NCBI GenBank assembly: GCA_038046325.1
Contig: JBBSWK010000207.1
Location: 1-31,104 of the forward strand
From: Nanobdellota archaeon
Lineage (GTDB): Archaea > Nanobdellota > Nanobdellia > Woesearchaeales > GW2011-AR9
Length of the DNA: 31,104 bases
Direction of reading: 5' to 3'
Made by a program: the position numbers and the translations under genes. The notes beneath the pieces were generated by a model. It searched no databases and was not told where the DNA came from. It saw only the letters and a list, made by a program, of their open reading frames with translations. Positions 25,071 to 31,104 of the stretch are shown here, piece by piece (position 1 is the first letter of the stretch; the number at the start of each line of letters is the position of its first letter).

Positions 25071-26074
25071 AGATAGCGTTAATTACTCGGGATTCAAAAG
25101 TAACCAAGGAAGCAACCTACATTACTTCTCGTAATTTCGCCGATCGATTGTCAGAGTATGGAGAGGTAACTATTATTCCCGATAAAGAATTACGAAGTTA
25201 TGTATCTAAAATAAAAGCAGTAAGAAATAATTTTACAATCGTCCATAACTTCAGCGCTTCTCCCTTATTCGCGCTTAAAACTATTTTGGCTAAGAGATAC
25301 CATAAAAATGCTAAAACCGTTCACACCCTCAAATCATATTCGCGCTCAATCTTAGGTTCACTTTATTTTTCGCGCCTTCTTAACTTTGTTGATATGGTAA
25401 CCGTGCCTACTCAGGTTATGGCAGAAAAGCTTCTACGATGTGGAGTAAAGAAAGAAAAAATGAAAGTTATCCGCTCGCACATCGATACAGAAAAATTTGT
25501 GCCTTTAGACAAAGAGAAATTAAAAGTTAAGTATGGTTATGCAGGCAAAAAAGTGGTCTTATATTATGGTAGCACTTATTTCAAAAAAGGACTGCAAAAC
25601 CTGGTTAAAGCCAGTCCAGCTATTGAAGCCAACATTATCATCGCCCCCCGTGATTACCCTGATCAACATTTTTTTGAATCAATTAAAAATAAACCTAATA
25701 TTAAAGTAATTACTGATGATATTAATGTGGTTGAATATGTAAATCTCGCTGATGTAGTAGTTCTTCCCTACCTCAATCTTACCGCTACCGAAGGCAACCC
25801 TTCCAGTTTATTGGAAGCAATGGCTTGTAAAACAGCTCTGGTGACCACGGATCTTCCTGAACTGCGAGAAATTGTTGAACCAGAAAGAGAAGTGCTTATG
25901 GCTACGCCAGGAGATGTTGATTCTTTAACGCTACAAATAAAGAGAGTATTAAAAGATGCCTCATTAAGAAAAAAGTTAGCAGAAAATGCGTATCTTAAAG
26001 TGAAACAATTTGATACCAAAATTATCACCAAGCAATTTGTGGATTTGTACCAAGAATTGGTCTCTTCAAAGTAG
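25067..26074 (+). CDS. GT4 family glycosyltransferase
   Basis: IDTEKFVP, KGLQNL, ADVVVLPY, EGNPSSLLEAMAC (E-x7-E), TDLPELREIV. ATGA overlap with the HD-like gene. Confidence 0.92.
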   Translation: MKIALITRDSKVTKEATYITSRNFADRLSEYGEVTIIPDKELRSYVSKIKAVRNNFTIVHNFSASPLFALKTILAKRYHKNAKTVHTLKSYSRSILGSLYFSRLLNFVDMVTVPTQVMAEKLLRCGVKKEKMKVIRSHIDTEKFVPLDKEKLKVKYGYAGKKVVLYYGSTYFKKGLQNLVKASPAIEANIIIAPRDYPDQHFFESIKNKPNIKVITDDINVVEYVNLADVVVLPYLNLTATEGNPSSLLEAMACKTALVTTDLPELREIVEPEREVLMATPGDVDSLTLQIKRVLKDASLRKKLAENAYLKVKQFDTKIITKQFVDLYQELVSSK

Positions 26075-26103
26075 AAAACCTATTATTGAACCTATTACTA
26101 AAT

Positions 26104-27456
26104 CTAATACCAATCAAGTAATAACTTGGCCATTACAAAATTAAGAAGAGCTCTGTTATCTCTTTCCAAATTCTGCGTCTCAAGACGCAAATGGTAAGAT
26201 AATCTATTAAATATATTCATCTGTCGCTGTAATTCCTGGATGGTCTCGGCAGGGCGCCGTTGATGAAGGATTTCTGGAGTGTTGTATAATAAAATAGAAA
26301 TAGTGGGTTTAGGAAATAAAGAATAAAGCAATTTTTTCCACCAGAAAGGAACGTTTTTCATTAGTATTATATCAGTACAGTATCTATCAGTGATAACTAT
26401 TTTTTTACGCATTCTGAGTGGAAAGACGGTTAACCAATAACGTAATAAAAGATCGGAAACAAACAGAAAGGAAGATGCGGTGTAGAGGAGAGAACGTGTA
26501 AAAGGGACATGCCTCGAGGCATTATGATTAGTAAACTCATTGGTAAACTCACCTGCATCACGTTTCTTTTCTGCACTTTTGTACTTTCTGCCTATTGCCA
26601 TGAAAGGCAAAATATGATCCCTTCCTCTCCCCAGGTATACCATTACCGGATTTCGCTTATTTTCTTGCAAATAACCATGCAAGGATTTTACTAAAGTAGA
26701 TTTTCCTGCTCCATCGGGGCCAACAATGCTAATCAAGGGATACGGTCGCAAGGGGCGTTTCCAGCGTATCCATCTGAAGGTAAGTCTAGCTAAAGTGATA
26801 CTATTTTTAGGATTTTTGAGTATAAACAAAGATAACAAGTAAGAGATTGGAATTCTCCGGAATTGTTTTACCTTCACTAATTCTAGTAATTTTTTAGCAG
26901 TGCTTTTTGTGAAAATGAAAGACAACTGTTGAAGTACAAATAGTTCGTTTACTGCTCCTTGCTCCAGTAGTTGGGAGAGAATATGCTGATATTTAGGTTT
27001 GAAATATCTTTTTCCCAGTATCGAATGCACCAGAAGCATGACAAAAGTATCATTGGCATTGGGCACATTAAAAAAATCTTTTCGTACTCGATTTGCAATA
27101 ATTGATTCGTCCATATACTTCATATCATTCCAGTATACTCCTCCTACTTGGATATCAAAACTTACTTTTATATCATCTATTAGCTTAAAATAAGCTCGAT
27201 GCCGAAGGGAAAATTGTTGTTTCCGTTCTGTAAAGCCATTCCGGAGCAGAATTTCTTGTACTCTCTTAAAATCCTCTTCGCAAACAGCCATATCCAGCCC
27301 TTCCCAAGGATACGTAGAATCAAATAAAAATTCAAAATTTCGTAAGAGGCAGTAGCCTACTGAAAAGGCATCAAAATCGCTGAATATAGCTTGGTATTCT
27401 TTGCGGAGAGCGGCATGATTCTTTTTGTTCAGGCTACTTTTTTCTGTTTTCTCCAT
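26104..27456 (-). CDS. Fusion of a nucleotidyltransferase-like N-terminal domain and a thymidylate-kinase-like P-loop domain
   Basis: N-terminal YCLLRNFE...GLDMAV...SFDIQ (NTase-like fold, by eye). C-terminal LISIVGPDGAGKSTL and IVITDRY. Confidence 0.72.
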   Translation of the reverse strand: MEKTEKSSLNKKNHAALRKEYQAIFSDFDAFSVGYCLLRNFEFLFDSTYPWEGLDMAVCEEDFKRVQEILLRNGFTERKQQFSLRHRAYFKLIDDIKVSFDIQVGGVYWNDMKYMDESIIANRVRKDFFNVPNANDTFVMLLVHSILGKRYFKPKYQHILSQLLEQGAVNELFVLQQLSFIFTKSTAKKLLELVKVKQFRRIPISYLLSLFILKNPKNSITLARLTFRWIRWKRPLRPYPLISIVGPDGAGKSTLVKSLHGYLQENKRNPVMVYLGRGRDHILPFMAIGRKYKSAEKKRDAGEFTNEFTNHNASRHVPFTRSLLYTASSFLFVSDLLLRYWLTVFPLRMRKKIVITDRYCTDIILMKNVPFWWKKLLYSLFPKPTISILLYNTPEILHQRRPAETIQELQRQMNIFNRLSYHLRLETQNLERDNRALLNFVMAKLLLDWY

Positions 27457-27524
27457 TTTTGTATTATTGTGTTGTACTATGGTATTATTGTTATAACTTT
27501 GTTATAATTATCTTAAAATGGCCA

Positions 27525-29012
27525 TTATCTCTTAAATATTTTTAACGAGATGCTTTTTAATTCTTTAAAATCAATGATGTTGAAGAGGTATAGTAATAAG
27601 ATATAGATCAGTGAAGCAAAAAGAAATGATATGATTATTTCGAGATAAATAGTAAGATGAAGCATTCTACTTAGATAAAAAACAACCATGACAAAAACTG
27701 AGGCGCTTAAGCATAATTTTATCCAATGCAGGTATGGTGAAGGAACACCAACCGATTTCATTAATTTCTGGGTGGAAAGTATCAAGATTAGCAGATACGC
27801 TAACGCCGTGGATATAGCTGCTCCAGTAATACCCCATAAAGGAATGAAGAAGAGGTTTAAGCCTACATTTAATAAAGCGGAAAGGAGTATAATCTTAGTT
27901 ACGATCTTTGGTTCACCCATACTGGAAATGATAATGTTATTCACCGAAGCAACAATGAAAAACATTGATCCAACCAAGAGGATCCGAAAAGCTAAAGTTC
28001 CGGTAACATATTCATTTCCAAAAAAGAGAACCAGGTAGAAGCTAGCGAAAGCAAAAAGAATGAAAATTAAAGGGATGACCAGGGCTAAGGTGTATTTGTG
28101 AAGCAGAGAGATGCCTTTTGCTAAGTTTTTAAAATCATTTTTCACAGAAAGTTCGGTAGAAATGGGAAATACTATCGCCGAAATAGCTCTACTTACATGG
28201 ATAAAGAAAAGAGAAGTGGGAAGGACTACGTTATAGATTCCAACTTCTGCTAAGGAGCTGAAATAAGTTAGCATAAGTGTATCAGTATAGGCAATTATTT
28301 TTCCACCGATATCTGCGGCCATCAAGGGCAAGCCAAACCAGAGAAGATCGCGGCTGATTTCTTTGAAATGGACTATTTTGTATTTGGAAAAAGAAATATT
28401 GCGTCGAATGAAGGGCAGAAGCAGAAAGAACAAAACGATACAAACTAAGGCATAAGGTATTGCGGCTGCCAGAATACCGTAATTATAGCGAAGGAGAAGT
28501 ACGGAGAACAGCAAGATAAAAAGATTTTTTCCTACTTCCATGAGAGAATACGGTATCATGTCCTGAAAGCCGTTGAGAACAAATTTAGTAATAATAAATA
28601 AAAAACTAGTCATGGTATAAATCACTAATATCAGCAAAATTATTTTTGATTCTGGAGCCTTAAAATAATGTACGGAAAGGTACCCAGAAAAAATGATAAT
28701 TACTATTCCAATAAGAGCGGAACTCAGAAACTGCATACAAAAAGTAGCATAAATTGCAGTTTTGATTTCATTATATCTTTCTTCTACTTTATATTTAGCG
28801 ATAAAATTGACCAGCGCGCTTCCTAAACCAAGATCGCGGAAAAATAAGAAAAACAAAATGAAGGTTAACACTGCTGAGAACAAACCAAATTGTTCCGGCC
28901 CTAGTTTTCTAGCAACAATAACGCGGGTCGCATAACTGAATAATGCAGCAATAAAAGTCATACTGAATACCAAACCTATGCTTCGTAGTATCTTGCCTAG
29001 ATGGTTAGCCAT
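27525..29012 (-). CDS. Oligosaccharide flippase (Wzx/MOP superfamily, AglR-like)
   Basis: About 12-14 TM segments. ARKLGPEQFGLFS, YTDTLML...EVGIYNV, LFFIPLWGITGAAISTALAY. ATG 29012 is preferred (reverse TTTAAAAA 22 nt upstream) over TTG 29024. Confidence 0.92.
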   Translation of the reverse strand: MANHLGKILRSIGLVFSMTFIAALFSYATRVIVARKLGPEQFGLFSAVLTFILFFLFFRDLGLGSALVNFIAKYKVEERYNEIKTAIYATFCMQFLSSALIGIVIIIFSGYLSVHYFKAPESKIILLILVIYTMTSFLFIITKFVLNGFQDMIPYSLMEVGKNLFILLFSVLLLRYNYGILAAAIPYALVCIVLFFLLLPFIRRNISFSKYKIVHFKEISRDLLWFGLPLMAADIGGKIIAYTDTLMLTYFSSLAEVGIYNVVLPTSLFFIHVSRAISAIVFPISTELSVKNDFKNLAKGISLLHKYTLALVIPLIFILFAFASFYLVLFFGNEYVTGTLAFRILLVGSMFFIVASVNNIIISSMGEPKIVTKIILLSALLNVGLNLFFIPLWGITGAAISTALAYLLILILSTQKLMKSVGVPSPYLHWIKLCLSASVFVMVVFYLSRMLHLTIYLEIIISFLFASLIYILLLYLFNIIDFKELKSISLKIFKR

Positions 29013-29146
29013 ACTTTTCTCCAAGAATCTTTCTTTTTAAAGCTAATGAATTAGAAATTTTTAATCGTTCCTTGAGCTAGAGTCATTCTAATATCATAAA
29101 AGTGCAGAGCTATCCGTCCTTTTAATGTATTTGAGCTTCGAAAAGC

Positions 29147-29154
29147 TTTTAAAA
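29147..29154 (+). promoter_or_regulatory. TATA-like box overlapping palindrome AAAAGCTTTT
   Basis: TTTTAAAA 24 nt before ATG 29178. Perfect 10-bp palindrome at 29141-29150. Confidence 0.45.
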
Positions 29155-29177
29155 GATAGATTTTCACAAGAAAGAAG

Positions 29178-30443
29178 ATGATCGTAAGAGAGCGGTGCAG
29201 GGTTGATGATAGTGAACTTATAGAGTTGTTTGACCTAGGAGAACTCTACCTTTCCCATTTTCAGGATCCTCATCAGCCGCCGCAGCAACCGAAAGTTCCC
29301 TTGGTTCTCTGCATGGGAAAAAACAGCAAGATAGTACAGCTCAAACATAGCGCTCCGTCTTCCAATATGTATGAAGAATACTGGTACCGCTCCGGCATTA
29401 ATCAAACCATGGCCAATGAATTAAAGTCTATCGCTGCTTCAGTAATGGAAAATATGTATTTAAAAGAGAAGGATATCGTGGTAGATGTCGGCTGTAATGA
29501 TGGCACATTAGTAAAAAACTATCCAAAGCATCTTACTATTGTAGGTTTTGATCCAGCTAAAAATTTATATCAATACTCCTCTCAACATACCACTAAAACT
29601 ATTGTTACTTATTTCACCGCGGAAGAATATTTCAAGCATTTCCAGCAGAAAGCAAAAGTTCTTACCAGCATTGCCATGTTCTATGATTTGGAGGATCCAA
29701 ATAAATTTGTAAGTGATGTGTACAAAGTGCTCGATAAGGAAGGATTATGGGTCATCCAGATGAGTTATCTTCCTTTGATGTTAAAACAGATGGCTTTTGA
29801 TAATATTTGCCATGAGCATCTGGAATATTACTCTTTACAAAGTTTAGTATATTTGCTGGACAGGCATAATTTCCAGGTTGTTGACTGTCAGCTCAATGAC
29901 ATTAACGGCGGAAGTTATAGAATTTACATCCGTAAAAAAGATGCCAACCCGCTTTTATTTAGCACGGCCCAATATCGTGATGTAGCTGATTTCAGAGTGC
30001 AGAGCATTCTTGCCTATGAAAAAAGTCTGAAATTAGATCAGCCCGAGACTTATATTAACTATTTTGAGGAGATGCAGAAGATAAAAAATCAAACTCTCAA
30101 TTTTTTGCAGCAGGAAAAAGCAAAAGGAAAAAAGATTTTTGGATATGGCGCTTCTACCAAAGGAAACACCTTGCTGCAATGGTACGGCATTGATAATCAA
30201 AATAAGCTCATTGAAAAAATAGCTGAACGTAATCCTGATAAATGGGGTAAAGTTACTATTGGAACAAACATCCCTATTTGTTCTGAAGAAGAGGCGAGAA
30301 AAGAAAATCCCGATTATCTGTTGGTCTTACCTTGGCACTTTCGTTACGAATTTGTAAAGCGAGAGACTGATTTTTTACAACGAGGAGGAAAATTCATCTT
30401 TCCACTTCCTAAGTTTGAGGTTGTTGGTTTAGGTGACATCTAA
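29178..30443 (+). CDS. NDP-sugar C-methyltransferase (TylC3/EryBIII/NovU/TcaB9-like, class I SAM)
   Basis: N-terminal CRV...LFDLG...PLVLC...VQL, YWYRSG, VDVGCNDG, FDNICHEHLEYYS, GYGASTKGNTLLQ, PDYLLVLPWHF. Confidence 0.88.
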   Translation: MIVRERCRVDDSELIELFDLGELYLSHFQDPHQPPQQPKVPLVLCMGKNSKIVQLKHSAPSSNMYEEYWYRSGINQTMANELKSIAASVMENMYLKEKDIVVDVGCNDGTLVKNYPKHLTIVGFDPAKNLYQYSSQHTTKTIVTYFTAEEYFKHFQQKAKVLTSIAMFYDLEDPNKFVSDVYKVLDKEGLWVIQMSYLPLMLKQMAFDNICHEHLEYYSLQSLVYLLDRHNFQVVDCQLNDINGGSYRIYIRKKDANPLLFSTAQYRDVADFRVQSILAYEKSLKLDQPETYINYFEEMQKIKNQTLNFLQQEKAKGKKIFGYGASTKGNTLLQWYGIDNQNKLIEKIAERNPDKWGKVTIGTNIPICSEEEARKENPDYLLVLPWHFRYEFVKRETDFLQRGGKFIFPLPKFEVVGLGDI

Positions 30444-30447
30444 ACAT

Positions 30448-31104
30448 ATGTCCAAGCAACCCTCAAAATTATTTCTCTCTTATGTGCTTCCTGCTTATAA
30501 TGAGGAAAAAAATGTTCTTCCCTTAATGGAGAGCATTACCTCAGCCATGAAAAATAGTAAGGAAGAGTACGAAATTATTTTTGTGATTGAAGGAAATGAT
30601 CAAACCTATCCGCTTCTGCAAAAATACCACGAAGAACATCCGCAACTAAAAATGAAGCTCTTCTACCAGCCAGAACCATTAGGATTGACTAATGCTTTCA
30701 AGAAAGGATTTGGACATATTGCGCAAGAATCAACCCATGCCGTGACTATGGATGTTGATCTTAACCATAAACCGGAAGAACTGCCCTTACTCATACAAAA
30801 AGCGAAAGAAGGATACAATATAGTAATTGGTTCCCGAGCTTTAGATGGAGCCAAAGTTATGAATGTTCCGGCTTGGAAAAGAGTTATCAGCAAATTTGCT
30901 AATACAGTGTTTAACAAAGCTTTTAAGATAGAAGTTAAAGATAAAACCAGCGGTTTTAGGATGATTGACGCTACCACTATCCGAGAAATTGCTCCTCTCG
31001 TCCAGGCTAAGAATTTTGAGGGCCTGATGGAGTTTTTATTGATTGCCAATTACCGCCACAAATCGATGGTAGAAGTTCCCATCACCTTAACCTACCGCCA
31101 ATAC
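30448..31104 (+). CDS. GT2 glycosyltransferase, DPM1-like (3'-truncated by window edge; absent from the ORF track)
   Basis: ATG at 30448 translates as MSKQPSKLFLSYVLPAYNEEKN...VTMDVDLNHKPEE...IVIGSR...DKTSGFR...EVPITLTYRQY, open to the end. Confidence 0.9.
   Translation, partial: MSKQPSKLFLSYVLPAYNEEKNVLPLMESITSAMKNSKEEYEIIFVIEGNDQTYPLLQKYHEEHPQLKMKLFYQPEPLGLTNAFKKGFGHIAQESTHAVTMDVDLNHKPEELPLLIQKAKEGYNIVIGSRALDGAKVMNVPAWKRVISKFANTVFNKAFKIEVKDKTSGFRMIDATTIREIAPLVQAKNFEGLMEFLLIANYRHKSMVEVPITLTYRQY

Noticed and set aside
77-31049. Numerous 60-130 aa antisense or alternate-frame ORFs in the track (for example 77-274, 7297-7689, 17997-18320, 27688-28038, 30663-31049)
   Set aside because: They lie wholly within well-supported genes on another frame or strand and show no recognisable motifs.
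1-31104. tRNA, rRNA, transposase or prophage genes
   Set aside because: No cloverleaf or T-loop motifs, rRNA-like GC-rich tracts, or DDE, HUH, recombinase or phage motifs were recognised. Intergenic spaces are short.

Overview
A 31 kb, mostly + strand cell-surface glycosylation locus. It is probably from an archaeon: AT-rich TATA-like boxes sit about 21-28 nt upstream of many start codons and Shine-Dalgarno motifs are scarce. A DPANN/Woesearchaeota-like host is an inference from that and from the gene set. The left end holds the tail of a phosphonate pathway (phosphonopyruvate decarboxylase, phosphonoacetaldehyde reductase), followed by a divergent Cmk-like kinase and a CDP-alcohol phosphotransferase. 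The middle holds nucleotide-sugar enzymes (Gfo/Idh/MocA dehydrogenase, N-acetyltransferase-aminotransferase fusion, SDR epimerase, AsnB-like amidotransferase). It also holds polyprenol-phosphate-type GT2s, four GT-C-like membrane proteins (one frameshifted), two SAM methyltransferases and an SGNH protein. An accessory block at about 21.6-24.1 kb interrupts the locus. It contains a pair of 43-bp direct repeats around a small membrane protein and a Bax-inhibitor-1/YccA gene, then an MNT-HEPN pair. The right end holds a degenerate HD-like protein, a GT4, a nucleotidyltransferase-like/thymidylate-kinase-like fusion, a Wzx-type flippase, a sugar C-methyltransferase and a truncated GT2. No rRNA, tRNA, CRISPR array or transposase was recognised. 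All family calls are by-eye motif recognition, not database searches.
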